A DNA stretch of 64,000 nt from Balamuthia mandrillaris (Eukaryota), in contig JAVKOQ020000117.1 in NCBI GenBank assembly GCA_031835245.2, forward strand, positions 62,001-126,000. The letters run 5' to 3'. The position numbers and the translations under genes were made by a program. Shown here one piece after another: positions 12,471-25,619 of the stretch. Every line of letters begins with the position of its first letter. The stretch's first letter is position 1. The notes below the pieces were generated by a model. It saw only the letters and a program-made list of their open reading frames with translations. It was not told the DNA's origin and did no database searches.

Positions 12471-12632
12471 TGCTTCTCTCTCTCTTCCATCTTCTTCTTC
12501 CTTCCTCTTGTCAAACATCAACAACACCACCACCAAAGCAAGCAACAACACCTTTTTTTCTGTTGTTCAAAGAAGTTTCTTCTACATCCATCCACATCCT
12601 CTTATCTCCGCATCTCACAGATAACGTAGCAA

Positions 12633-13241
12633 ATGGCTTCCTTTAAATCCATCAAGTGCGTAGTGGTCGGCGACGGCGCCGTCGGCAAGACCTGCCTCCT
12701 CATCTCCTACACCACCAACGCCTTCCCTGGGGAGTACATCCCCACCGTCTTTGACAACTACTCGGCCAACGTCATGGTGGACGGGCGCGTCATCAACCTG
12801 GGCCTCTGGGACACTGCCGGGCAGGAGGACTACGACCGGTTGCGCCCCCTCTCCTACCCCCAGACCGACGTCTTCCTGCTCTGCTACTCCACCGTCTCCC
12901 CGCCCTCCTTCCAGAACGTGGAGGCCAAGTGGAACCCTGAGATCACCCATCACTGCCCCAACGTGCCTAAGCTGCTGGTCGGCACCAAGGTGGACCTGCG
13001 GGACGACCCCGAGACCCTGCGCATGCTCGCCAGCAAGGGCCTCTCCCCGGTGAGCAAGGAGGAGGGGGAGCGCATGGCCAAGCGCATCGGCGCGGTGGCC
13101 CACTTGGAGTGCAGCGCCTTGACGCAGCAGGGCCTCAAGCAGGTCTTTGATGAGGCCATTCGGGCGGTGTTGTCCCCGCAGCCCACCAAGGGCGGCGCCG
13201 CTGGACGTCGCGAGAAGAAGAAGCGGTGCCTCATTTGCTGA
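12633..13241 (+). CDS. rac: Rac-family (Rho) small GTPase, intronless
   Basis: [46 protein letters not shown], polybasic RREKKKR and CaaX (CLIC). Confidence 0.97.
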   Translation: MASFKSIKCVVVGDGAVGKTCLLISYTTNAFPGEYIPTVFDNYSANVMVDGRVINLGLWDTAGQEDYDRLRPLSYPQTDVFLLCYSTVSPPSFQNVEAKWNPEITHHCPNVPKLLVGTKVDLRDDPETLRMLASKGLSPVSKEEGERMAKRIGAVAHLECSALTQQGLKQVFDEAIRAVLSPQPTKGGAAGRREKKKRCLIC

Positions 13242-13759
13242 ACGGGCTCGACTCATTCTTGTCTGTCTTTATTTATTTGTTTGTTCACCTCTTTCTGTAA
13301 AACTATTCGCTTCGCTGTAAATGATTTTTGTTATGTATGATCACCATCCTTGGCCTTCTCCTTCTTATTTCTTTCTCTCCTCTTCATCGTTGTTGTTTGG
13401 CCTCTCCTCTCTCTCTTCCTTCTTCCTCCTTTTGTTGCAAGCGACTTCGTTTCCAATCTTCTCTCTCTCTCTCTCTCCTCTTTTCCAACATAAAACAACA
13501 GCAAAAACAACAGACAAACGTTTACAGCGGAAAAAAAAAAAGAAAGGGTTTTTTTTAATGCAAAGGGATCCAATCTCCATCCATCGCGCCGCCACCAGAA
13601 TAAGAAATAACAAAAAATAAAAAAGAAAAACAAAAAATAAAAAAACAAAAGTGTTTAAAATAAAAAAAAAAGAACGAACGGTGGTGGTGGGGGTGGTAGG
13701 TGTGTTCAGTTTGCTCCTTCTTTCGAAACGTTCTCGAGCAAAGTTTTTTTTTTCTTCTT

Positions 13760-16700
13760 TCAGTTGACGATCACCGGCTTGTGCTGTTTTTGTGGGGCCA
13801 TGGCCGGGGACGACGAAGCAGAAGAAGACTTGTGGGTCGGTCGCCAAGAGGAGGAGGAGGAAGATGACTCTTCTCCCCCGCCACCGCTTTCCTTTCTTCT
13901 GTTGTTGCTGCCGCCCCCTCTTCCGCTTCCAAAACCGCTTCCTCCTCTGTTGTTGCTGCCTCCTCCTCTTCCTCCCCTTTCACCTCCTCTAGTTCCTCCT
14001 GCACCGGTCCTTCTTCCTCCTCTTCCAGAGGAAGAATTACTGTATCCATTTGTGTGAGAGTGGTGATGAGGATTGAAATGACCGTTTGTTTGTGGTGGTT
14101 GTTGCTGTTCTCCGTCTTGTTTGAAGCTGTTGTTTCGGCTGCGTCTCTGACTTCTGTTTTGGAATGGCGACTCTTCCTTCTGTTTGTTGTTGTTGTCGAA
14201 TCTGGGACGAGGTTGTTGCCCTCCTGTCTTCCTTCTATCTCGCCTAAATGGTTCCGTTTGATCCTCTGTTGTTCCCTGTTCTGCTTGTTGTTGTTCGCTC
14301 TCCGTTTTTGTTGATCGCCGATTGTTGTTGTATCTTCTGTTGTTGTAGTTGTTGTGGAAGGAGCCACGATGCGACTTTCCATCCACTCCTCTTTTTCTAT
14401 CACCAAACTTTCCACTGTCGTCTCCGTTATTACTTTCGTTCGTCTTCTCATCGTTACTTCCATTTTGTTCCACAACAACTTCTTTCACTGCTTCTTCTCT
14501 TTCGACTTTCTCATGACGAGGAGAAGTGGCGGATCCATCCTCCATAACAACATCTTTGTCCTCTGTCGAGAGGGTTTCACCTGCTTTGCTTTGTTTTCGG
14601 TACCTGCGACGAGGTCTGGAGGTTCTTCGTGGCAATGGAGCTGCCTCCGTTATCTTTAGTGTTGTTTCTCCGTCTTTCGCGGCTTCATCGTCTTGTCCTT
14701 TCGAGGAGCTAATATCGGCAGAAGACTCGCCGGTTTTTTGTTGGCCGGTCTCCTTTGTTTGTTCAGAGTTCGAAGAAGAAGAAGAAGAAGAAGAAGACAG
14801 GGATGAAGAAGGACCCGTTGTTGCAACTTCCTTTTGTTCATCTTCTTCTTCCGCTTTGGTGGATCCAGAAGATTCAAGCTCGGAAGGAGAGGATTGAGGC
14901 AGGGGAGAAGAAGCGTTTTTTTCTTTTTCTTGTGGTTGTGGTGCGGATTCAGGCGAGCTTTCGGGAGAGAAGAATGGAGAAGAGGATACATCTTGTTGTC
15001 GCTGTTGTTGCTGCTGCATCAGGTGATAGTATTCTTGGTATTCTTGTCTGCTTTGAGGGTGATAGCCACCAACTGGAGCTTGAGCAACTTCATCTAGAGA
15101 GGAGCTGGTGGCTTGAGGGATGGAGTGTGCAAATGGATAGGCAGGGCGCATGTAAGGATGGTATTGGTAATAAGGATGATAGTGAGCGTAACCAAAATTG
15201 GAAGAGTCAGCAGCGACCGCAGCATAAGGAGAGGCATAAGCTGGAAGCAGAGGGCGAGGCAAAGAAGGAGATAACGAAGAAGGCAAGAGAGAAGGTGATT
15301 GAGGTGAGGCCAAGGGCGAGCTGGAATCGCTTTCATTGCTGGTGGGATGGTGGATTGGTAAGTTACCGGTTTCCTCCCTTTCGATGAGGAAAGAAGCGTC
15401 CGTAGAAGAGGAAGAGGAAGAAGGAGAAGAAGGAGGACGTTGTTCACCGTCAGAGCTATGCTTAGTCTCTCTGTTTAACATTTGAGATTGAGCCTCGGTG
15501 AACACGCCGTATTCGTAATGGGCATAAGTGGGCATTGATGGATGCATGGTATGAGGATAAGGTTGTTGGGGATGAGGGTGATGAGAAGGAGAGTGATGGT
15601 AGGCATATCCAGAGGTAGCATAGGGAACGGAGTAGGGGTAGGCCGAGGGAGGATATTGCGTGGAAGAAGCGGCAGCGCGGTAGTTCATTGCTGTTGTCGA
15701 TGCAGAAGAGGAAGGCATCTGTGGGTGCTGGTATATACAGCTAGCGGGATTAGGGCATACCCCCGTCTTGGCATAGCCGCGGCATATGGAGAGGTTAAGG
15801 TAAGGGCTGGTAGGGGCTGTCGAAGGCATCGGTAGTTGTTGCTGCTGATGTTGAGGGAGTGGTTGTTGGAAGTGTGGCTGGAAGTGTTGTTGGTGTTGGG
15901 CATATTGATAGTGGTGGTGATAAGCATGCGGGTGGTGATGATGGAGAGGAGGAGGACTAGGACTCGGATGATCCGTCAACAACGGTAACTCTGGAACTTG
16001 AGGACTGTTAGTAGCAGAAGATGAAGTATGGGAAATATGGCTAGGTAAGGGCAACGGAAGAGCAGAGGAAGAAGAAGCAGAGGTGTCCGAAGGAGAGGAA
16101 GCGGGAGCAGGGGAAGCAGGTTCTTTCGCAGGGGAAGCGGAAGCGGAAGGGGAAGGAGTTGAAGAGGTAGGTAAGACCTGCTCCGGCTTCTCCAACAAAG
16201 GCGGAGAGGGGGCTTGGGCAGGGGCTCTCGGTGGATGGGTCGTGGTGACAGGTGCAGCAACAGGAGCAGGGCTTTCAACTGCGGGCTTGGCAGAGGCGTC
16301 GCCGTCGTGAGGTGGGGCCGGTAACGTCGCCTCTGCTTGTTTGGGAGGAACAGCGGGAGACGAAGGGTCAGAAGTTGTTCTGTTGTTATTGTTGGTATTT
16401 GTTGCTTTCGCGTTCCTGTTCTGTTGTCTGTATTGTTGATGATGATGGTAAGGATAGCGACCCTTCATTCTTTGGCCTTTGCCCATTCCTCTTCCTCCTC
16501 CACCACCACCTCCTCCTCCAGGACTTTGATCGTGTGTCATGGATTTGTTGTTGTGGGTGTGGTTATTATTGTTATTTTCTGTGCCCTGTTTGAGGAAGAC
16601 AATGATAAATGAAAAAAAAAAGTCAGACAACCACCCACAAAACAACAAATAAACACCACCACCAACAAACACATATAAATTTGCTGTTAGAATTATTTTT

Positions 16701-17190
16701 TTTTCGTTTGACAGGACCCTTTTCGCTCTCTCTCTCTCTCTCTCTCTCTTTGCTTTTTTTAACGCTTGTCAAATGTGTCGTTTTCGACATTGAGAATGAA
16801 AGAAAAGCGAAAAAAAAGCAGATAGCAAGCACTCGTATACGTCGCAGAAGCAAACAGAGAGAGAGGAAAAAAAAGCAGAAAAGAAAAAAGAAGAAATGCG
16901 GAAAACAAAACAACAGGAAAAAAAAAGAAAGTGAGAAAACGCACCTTAAAGGCGGAGGCCTCGTTTGTGCTTTTGGTTTGATGTTGTCGGGAGTTTGCGT
17001 AGCGATGGGGTTGATGTTGATGCTGTTGCTGTCTGTTGTTGGTGTGTTGTTGTCCCCCGCTACGCTTGGGTTGCTCCGATGGGGACTTTGCGTTGGCGTG
17101 CCTGTGAGGAGGAGCAGCAGCAGGAGGACGAGATGGGTGGTGGCTTAGGTTGGTCGTGGTTGTGGTTGCATCCTTTGTTGCGCTTGCCAT
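13760..17190 (-). CDS. Large low-complexity RNA-binding protein with a single CCCH zinc finger and C-terminal RGG box (2 exons; intron 16586-16944)
   Basis: CRGYAKTGVCPNPASCIYQH fits C-x8-C-x5-C-x3-H. Y/P/H/Q-rich region and RGG repeats near the C-terminus. The upstream exon (MASATKD...) splices in phase 0. Confidence 0.75.
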
Positions 17191-18103
17191 TTACAAATAA
17201 ATAATAAATAAATAAAAATGATGGTGATGTTTCGAGGCTAGTAAAGAAGCCCTTGGGGAAACCGATCCAATGCTGATTCGGCTGATTCAGAACCCAAAAA
17301 AAAAAAAAGGGAGAGAGGGGGCAAGATGACGATAATCCGATGGTGCGCTACTTCTTTCTGTTTGCCATTTAATTTTTTTATTTTAGCGAAAACAAATAAG
17401 ACAATAAACACACCCCCAGAACCGAAAAGAGAGAGTACCCTACCTTCAACCAAAAAAAAAAATAAATAAATAAATGAAGAATTTGCCCTGAAATGAATCG
17501 AATCGAATGGAATGGTTGTTCTTCGCACACACACACAAAGAGATGTTCTCTTCTCTTCCGCGCGCGTTGTTTGTTTGCTTTTTTTTTTGCTACGTCGTTT
17601 GCTTCTCTCTCTTCGCTACTTAATGCGTAATTTTTGGCGCCTTTTGTTTGCTTTCCTTTGTTTTCTTTCGGCGGAGTCCCATAATCCGAATAATGTCGCA
17701 ATTTCCTTAAAAAGTATATAGTAGTCGACATAATATCTTTAAAAGGACATTCAAGAATAAGTAAAGAAAAAGCATGTTGAAGCAAGCATCGACCAAAGGG
17801 CTAAGTGAAAAAACAAACATAGTGCACCTTGGGGAGGAAGCAAGCAAAAAGGAGGAGTCGAGTGGGGGACAGAGTAGTGTGAGGGCCCCATGAAGCAAAG
17901 CGGCGAAAAAACAGCGAGCATAAGTTGGCCGTTTGATGTAATTTTTTTCTTTGTAAATGAATGTTATCGTGTCGACACGTAAATAAATGTCCTATAAAAG
18001 GTCATGACAGCATCGAAGATAATATATCCCATAAAGCTAATAGGTTGAATGATTTTTATATAAAATTATGGTCGACAAAAATAATACATAAAGGAAGAAA
18101 GAA

Positions 18104-19512
18104 ATGGCAGAAGAAACGGAGAAGAAGCTCGCCGTGGAGGCTCCCCCAGGAGGCCCCCACAAGGAGGACGAGGAGGCGGCGGCCACCGTCGAACAAGAGG
18201 GGCACGCGGAGAGCACCACCCCCGTGGCCACCATGAACATCGTCGATGATCAGCAAAAGGAAGAACGACCGCAAGTTCGGCATGAAACCATCACGACGAG
18301 CGCGCATCGTCGTCCTCCACAGCAGCGAGAAACGAAGGAGGAGAAGAAGGAACCAAAGGAAGAGGAGGAGCAAAAAGTGAAGTTCAAAGCGGTGAAGATA
18401 AAACCGGTGAAAAAGATCGACACGAGAAACCTCAACCGCGCCACCACCCTCGCCCTCCACGGCCGCAAGCTCCCCCAAGGAATCGTCATCGGAGAGGAAA
18501 GGCGCTTCTCCACCGAAGTCTCGTCTTCTCCTCCTCCTCTTTCTCATTCTTCTCCCTCGCACAACAAAACAACCAAGGAGAAAGCCAAAGAAGCAGCAGA
18601 AGACGAGATCTCCTCCCTTCTCTTCCACAAGAAACAGGAGACGCGGCGGCGGAAAGAGAGGGAGCTGAGCAGCGTCTACCAGGCCCAGCTGAAGCGGGCG
18701 GGAGACAGCAAGTTCAAGCTCCTGGCCGTCTCCCTGCAGGTGGAGCCCTCCACCAACAGCTTCTTTGTTCGTCTTCGCTCCTGCCCTTCCTCCTCCTCTT
18801 CTTCCTCCTCTTCCTCCCCTTCCTCCTCCTCTTCCACTCCTCCTCTTTATACCTATACAAACACCAACGCCAACGCCAATGAAAGAGAGAAAGCCACAAC
18901 AACAACAGAAACGGAAACGAATGCTTCTTCTTCTTCTTCTTCTTCTTCTTCTTCTTCTTCTTTAACTCAACAACAACAGCAACAACAAATGTTGAACAGA
19001 GCGATGCCATCTGCGTTGCCTGTATTGCGGTTCGACGTGAAGGAGCTGAAAAGAGTGACGCTGTCCATGTCCAACAAGCATCAAGTTACCTTGCTGTGGA
19101 GAGCGCCCCATCACCAGCATAACACAACAACAACTGCACATGCAACCTCAGCATCAACCACAACAACGACAACGACAACGACAAATGCTTCATCTTCTAG
19201 TGGAGGAAATGCATGTGGAGGCGTGCCGATGGAACTTGGGTTGAAGCAACTTTATTTCTTTCCGTCTACGGAGGAGAGGCAGACCTTCTATGAGGCTATT
19301 TCGTTGGTGCACTATCAGAATATGATCGACTTTGCTTCTGTGCCTGTTAGTAGTTTCTCTTCCCGTGTTGTTCTTATGCTTGTTCTTCTTTCTTCTTTCT
19401 TGTTCTTCTTTTCTCAGTGATAACTGCTAACAAAAATGACGTTAGTTGACAGGGCTAGAGCCAACGGTGTTCATGGAAAAGTTGTCCATTGTGGTGGCAA
19501 CTTGGAACATGG

Positions 19513-19556
<44 letters not shown>

Positions 19557-20017
19557 CTCTTTGACTTTCTGACTTTTGCATTTATCACAACATTAAAACA
19601 ATAATAGGAAATGCCCCACCACCACCCTCTTTTGATGGATGGCTACCGAAAGGGCACGACCTATATTGTATCAGCTTCCAGGAGTCAGGTTGGACACAGA
19701 AAGCAAAGATACCAAAGAACGCAACTCTATCCAAAGTTATGGGCGATGACAACTCTGAAGGGTTTTTATTAGAGGTTCTTGGCAAACATTTTGGAGATGA
19801 GTATACCTGTTTAGCTTGTGTTAGGTAACAATCTATGCGTTTACGTCTTCATTTTCATTTCATCTGCTTTCTAAACGATTGTTGTTTTTAAAGTTTATGG
19901 GCTATTCGGTCAATGACGTTTGTTCGGAAGAAGCACTTACCAAAGATTACTCAACTTCGAGTGAGTATAACTTGTTTTTTTTTCTTCTTATTTTGTTTCT
20001 GCTTTCTGTCTCATTTT

Positions 20018-20059
<42 letters not shown>

Positions 20060-21950
20060 GCTTTCGTTTCCTTCTGTACATACAGTTCAAAGTGGAGTCA
20101 ACTGGATTAGGGCGAGTGTTGGGCAACAAAGGTAGCGTCGCTCTCGCCTTCAAATTCAACGAGAGCAAGTTTTGCTTCGTGGCTTGTCACCTTCCAGCTC
20201 ATCAAGACGAATGGGAGGCCAGAAACGAGAGCGTGGCGCTCATCCTTCGTGACCTGAAAGACCTATGCGAGACACAGCTCAACGCTCTGACCTACTTTGA
20301 TCATGTCTTTTGGAGCGGAGACCTCAACTATCGCATCGACTTGCCAAGACCAGAAGTGTTGCAGCTGATCAAGGAGCAGCAATGGGGAGTGCTGCAAGAG
20401 GCTGATCAACTCTCCAAAGAAATGAAGAAGCATAGTTGTTTTGTGGACTTTAACGAAGGAGCATTGGTCTTTCCGCCTACTTACAGGTTTTGTACTCCGT
20501 TTTCTTCTCTTGCATTTCAGCTCTTCTCATTAATATGGACTTCTATGCTATAATGCAAACAGATATGTAAGAGGATCAAGAGTATATTCAGAAGAACGAA
20601 TGCGAGTGCCATCCTGGTGCGACAGAATCCTTTGGAAGAGTGCCCCTCATCGTGATACTTTACTGAAGGAGTATTCTTGCTGTGATGACATTACTACTAG
20701 GTTTACTTCTCTCTCTCTCTCTCTCTCTCTCGCTCTCTCTCTCTCTCGCTCTGCTTCTCTCCTCTCTTTTCTTCTCCTATCGCTCCCGTTTTTCCGCTTC
20801 TCTCGCTCTCTCTTCTCCCCCTCCCCTCCCTTTCTCTCTCCTCTCTCTCTCTCTCCCCTTTTCTTGTACTCATTCTTTTTCATAATAAAACAGCGACCAT
20901 TCGCCAGTGTCGGCCTTGTTTCAAGTGAGCACCATTTTACCCAACTTTTATCATACATCAGATCTTGGTCTTCAATGTTGCATTGTTATAACGGAGCTCA
21001 AAGCATTTGGCCTTGAAATGAACTACCGGAGAAAGAAACGCACAAAACATTCTCAACACCAACAAAAATCATCGTCGGTTACAACAAAGAGCAAATCAGT
21101 ACCAAGTCCTAGTGAACCGTCCACAAACTTTCAAAACGATGAAGAAAACGAGACAGCGACATCATCGAGAGAGTCGGACGATATTAGCTTTGATACAAAA
21201 CAAGCATCATTGAAGAGTTTAATGTTTCCTGCTTCATCATCTTCATCTCCATTTTCTTCTCAATCTGACTTGAGTCAATTGACTGACGAACATGGGTCAG
21301 GTGAAATGTTGGATAAAGAACGAACCGTGCACAACCTCCGAACAAGCAAACGATATGACCCAAACGAGTTTGATGTGGAAGACGAAGAAGCTGAAGTAGA
21401 AGCAGAAGAAGATGTAACTTCCACCAGCGAAAAAACGGATACAGAGGACCGCAGTCTCGACTCTCCTAGATCCGCTGCTTTTGATGAGGCTGAAAAGCGT
21501 CACGTTTCTTCTTCTGCTACTGCTTCTTCTGCTTCTTCTTCTACAACTGGGTGTGTCTCTTCGTCATCATTTTCTTCCGATGTAATTAGCTTTCGCTCGG
21601 TCACTTCTTCTTCTTCGCTGGATTCATCTGTTTCAGAGCATTTACCAAATCCTTTTGTGTGCTTCTACTCTCCGTTTTTGAATGGAATCAAGACAACAAA
21701 TAGTGTACAAAAGGTTGTTACCTCTTCTTGTTCTTCTATTCTTCTTTCGCTGACTTCTTTCCTTCTTTTAATTTAACGAACAGAGCAAAGACCCTGTGTG
21801 GAAGGATAAGGATGTACCATTGTTACGACTATTTGCTTCAAACAAGAAATATTTGGCGCTGACTCATCTTGTGGTTATTGTCCGGCATTACTCTTCCAAT
21901 GGTTCCGAGTCTGACATAGGTACTTGAGCTCTCTCTCTCTCTCTCTCTTT

Positions 21951-21988
<38 letters not shown>

Positions 21989-22162
21989 TATGTTTTTGCT
22001 TGCAGGACAAGGACTGGTTTCTCTGAAGGAAGCTACTGGATCACAAGCTGTTCCTTTTTCTACTCCACTTTTTTCACATGGTTTGTATCTCTGTTTTTTT
22101 TCTTTGTCACAACATTCTCTTTTGCCCTTTCCTCTCTCCTCCGTCTGTTTCGCTTTCATCAG

Positions 22163-22203
<41 letters not shown>

Positions 22204-22674
22204 CCCTCACATTTGTCAAACCAGAGGGAGCAGTGGTAGGTCGCCTGGAAGGAAAAATTCACATTGTAGGCTTTCGTGATTTACAAGAAACAATCGCAGA
22301 AGGTGGTGCCTTGTCCCTTGAGAGCGGCCCACCACAGAAGGCGAGATGGGTTCCTGATGAATCCTCTCAAGTCTGTAAATATTGTCAGACTATGTTCACA
22401 TTTACCAACCGCAGGGTACATACTCTCCTCTTTCTTTTTTTTTTGTTCCTCTTTTTTCTTTTCTTGTTATCTCTTTTCTTTAACGCTATGTTCTTTTTCT
22501 TGGTTTGCTCTGCTCCATGTATAACAGCACCATTGTAGAGTCTGTGGTCACTTAGTGTGCGGCATGTGCTCGCGAAATCGTATCCCATTACCTGAGTTTC
22601 GGTATTCCGGTCTCCAACGAGTGTGCAACGCCTGCATGGCCTATCGAGTTCGACGAGGCACTCATAGAACATAG
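18104..22674 (+). CDS. Inositol polyphosphate 5-phosphatase (SHIP-like) with C2-like and C-terminal FYVE domains, multi-exon
   Basis: Catalytic motifs: TWNMG, FQE, GNKGSV, CHLPAH, FWSGDLNYRI, FPPTYR, PSWCDRILW, SDHSPV. FYVE: WVPDESSQVCKYC..FTFTNRRHHCRVCG..VCGMCS..RVCNAC. Stop at 22672-22674. Confidence 0.9.
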
Positions 22675-22679
22675 TTTTC

Positions 22680-22715
<36 letters not shown>

Positions 22716-22920
22716 AATTTATTCATAGCTAGTAACAAAGAAGAGTTCATTATTATACTTTAGAAGCTTGAATCTAGTTTGGCGTACTGATTGTACGAAA
22801 CGTTATTGCTATAATGCTAAAACGTGCGAGCAACGTTATTCCTTCATTAGCGGTAATGAATTATTTTTCACCAAAGTTGAATTATAGAGAAGAAGAGGAA
22901 GAAAAAAAGAACACCCAACC

Positions 22921-23495
22921 ATGAAACCTTCTTCTCTTTGCATGTTGTGCGCTTTCTTCGCCCTCCTCTTTGTCGCTTCTGTCTTTGGTACTTCTCTCTC
23001 TCTCTCTCTCTTTTCGTTGTTTGCTTATTGTTTGTTGAAGGCGACTGCGGAATAAGTTTCGTTCCTTTTAGCGATCCAAACTGCGAGAACCTACGCTCCT
23101 CAACCAGCCAATACCACCAAACCTTTTGCATCGTTTATCATGTGAGGGGAGGAGAGGCTCAAGACTTTCCGTTGGGCCCGTTTGTGCTGCGAGCCAATTG
23201 CTCGGCCAAAACGGTGCAAATACTTGCGGCGGAGGAGGAAGAGGAGGAAAGCGACAGCACATACCACGGCTGCAACGACCGTGCCGGCTTGTTGGGGAGC
23301 GTTTATGTGGAGGGAGAGTGTTTCCCTACTGGCTGTGATGCGGCACGAAACGGTTACGCGACCACTATCTTTGATATTGCTCCTTTTTGCCCGTTTGACG
23401 AGGACACAGAGAACAGCGATGGAAGCGAAGCGGAGAGTTCCTCTGCTTATCGAATGGGCAACCAAGCGAGCGCCATTCTTGACTTTCTTGTTTGA
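22921..23495 (+). CDS. Small secreted Cys-rich protein, paralog A (intron 22988-23040)
   Basis: Signal-peptide exon MKPSSLCMLCAFFALLFVASVFG. Shared motifs with paralogs: GP.V..ANCSA.T, G.CF..C, CPFDE. Confidence 0.7.
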
Positions 23496-23749
23496 ATAAA
23501 GATATATATATTATTATATACAGCACAGCTATGTGTTATATCTTTTTTTTTTTTTTTGGAGTTTCGGTTACGCAACAACCGGAAGGGTGGCGCAACTTTC
23601 TTTAAACTTCTTTTAATATATAATAAGAGCACAGAAACGTGGCACACCTGCAATGGAGCTTTTAATAATGTTTATGCATTTATTCTTTCTTTTGAACTAC
23701 CGGTACGCAGAGGCAACGCTTTTGGGCTAGCTGTAACAGAGGGAGCATC

Positions 23750-23835
23750 ATGGCAAGGGCATCCGCTTGCTTTTTTCTTTGTTGGGTTTTCTTTGTGGCG
23801 TCCGTCTGTTGTTACGGTTGCTCTCCGCTCTCTCA

Positions 23836-23873
<38 letters not shown>

Positions 23874-24393
23874 ACGCAATCCCTTTTCTGACAACAAATG
23901 TGCTTCTTTAGAATGCCAAGTTAGGATGATTCCATACCAGGACTCTTCCTGCGAAACGCTCGACCCCTTCGCCAAGCAATACCTTCAGAGCCTTTGTGCT
24001 GAAAGGTGGAACTTTTTGGAGAACGTCTCCAACATGACATTGGGACCGGTCGTGGCGGAAGCAAACTGTTCCGCAAGGACCCTTGTCTTCTTTCCTGCCC
24101 CTCTCTCTTCTGCTTCCTCTTCGTCTTCTTCCTTGGGAGCGGAGGAGGAACCGGAAGTGTGCGAAGGGTTGGAATTCCGCAGAGTGTATCGACACGGAGA
24201 CTGCTTTCGAAGGTGCGGTGGGGGTTATGTTGCCCCTGTTTTTGGGCTCGCAGATAAGGACCCTTGCACGTTCGATGAGCCCCAGGTGGTTGCAGATGAT
24301 GCCGAGTCTTCTTCTCCTTCTTCTGCTGATGTTCCTTCCTCGGATGTGCTTCTTTTCCTCCATGCTGCGCTTGTTCTTTCCAATGCACAATAG
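23750..24393 (+). CDS. Small secreted Cys-rich protein, paralog B, probable GPI anchor (intron 23817-23911)
   Basis: Signal exon MARASACFFLCWVFFVASVCCY, then ECQVRMIPYQDSSCET..FAKQYLQSLCA. Ends in a Ser linker and hydrophobic tail. Confidence 0.75.
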
Positions 24394-24980
24394 TCCTTTG
24401 TTGTTAGACATCATGTTGTATAAAAAAATGTACTTCCTCCACCTAGTCCAAGAATCCAGATGGCATAAGCGTTGAGAAGGACAGGCAAAGCGCAAAGCCG
24501 GTCGATGCAGCACGGGCTTGGTTAGCTGAGTTCAACGGCTGCTTCACCGTCTTCCTCCTCCTCATCTAGGTCTTCTCCGTCTTCTTCGTTCCATCATCTT
24601 CCAAGTGAATGTTGTAGTCTACCCAAGGATCTTTTTGTTGATTCTGTTGGCACCGGTGGCAATAAGACGCTCCAACAACTCCTTCTGTCTCGGAACAGCG
24701 TCAACGAGGGAGAAAAAAACCAGCACGGGAGAAACGGAGGAAGAGGGAAGAGGGGAACAGATGACCGATGGGGTCCACCTCAACGCAAGAGGTACCGCAG
24801 CGGCCTGTTCGAGCCAACTCACTGCAACCCACAAGACTGGCTTGGTCTGCGCATTGCCGAGGAGCAGTGATCAGATAAAGATAATCTCTTATAGCAGCGG
24901 TTAATCATCTAATTAGCATGATTGCCATCAGCCTTTATAAGACCAAGGCAAAGAGTAACAACTGAAGTTGGGCAGGAAAG

Positions 24981-25588
24981 ATGCCAAAGGACTATGGGTT
25001 CTCCGCTTTTTGCTTTGTTGTTGGTTTCCTCATCTGCTTCTTCTGCGCGCCCATCTTTTGTTGGGGTAAGTATAAAAACCAATACTTCCTCTCCCTTTCT
25101 TTTTTTTTTCTTCCGTAACGCTATAACGTTTGTGTTGCTCTGCAGAGTGTCAAGTGGAGATGGTGCCGTTCGAGGACCCTTCCTGCGAAACGCCCGACCA
25201 CTTTGCCAAGCAATACCTCCAGAGCCTCTGCGCCCAAAAGCTGACCTTTTGGGAGCCCGTCGGGAACGTGACAATGGGCCCGGTCGTGGTGGAAGGAAAC
25301 TGTTCCGCAAGGACCCTTGTCTTCTTTCTCCGTGCTTCTCCCTCCTCCGCTTCTTCTTTGGGAGAGGAGGAACAAGAAGCGTGTGAGGGGCTGGAGCTGA
25401 ACAGAGTTTATCGACATGGAGATTGCTTTGGCAGCTGCAGTTTTGCTGGGCGTTATGTTGCTGCGTTTTTTGACCTCCCAAATCCTTGCCCTTTCGATGA
25501 GCCCCAGGAAAGCGAGTCGTCATCTTCTTCTTCTTCTTCTTCTTCGGATGCTTCCACCCTTTCTTCGTTTGTACTTTCTATGGCGTAG
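24981..25588 (+). CDS. Small secreted Cys-rich protein, paralog C, probable GPI anchor (intron 25066-25145)
   Basis: Signal exon MPKDYGFSAFCFVVGFLICFFCAPIFCW, then ECQVEMVPFEDPSCET..FAKQYLQSLCA, clearly similar to paralog B. Ends in a poly-Ser linker and hydrophobic end. Confidence 0.75.
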
Positions 25589-25619
25589 TCATTCCTAAAA
25601 ACTGTGTATATGATGCATT

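Noticed and set aside
12615..13256. 213-aa antisense ORF over Rac
   Set aside because: Shadow ORF caused by high GC3.
24480..24900. Possible fourth paralog or gene fragment between surface-protein genes B and C
   Set aside because: No shared Cys motifs or convincing start/splice structure. It could be a remnant, but I cannot support it.
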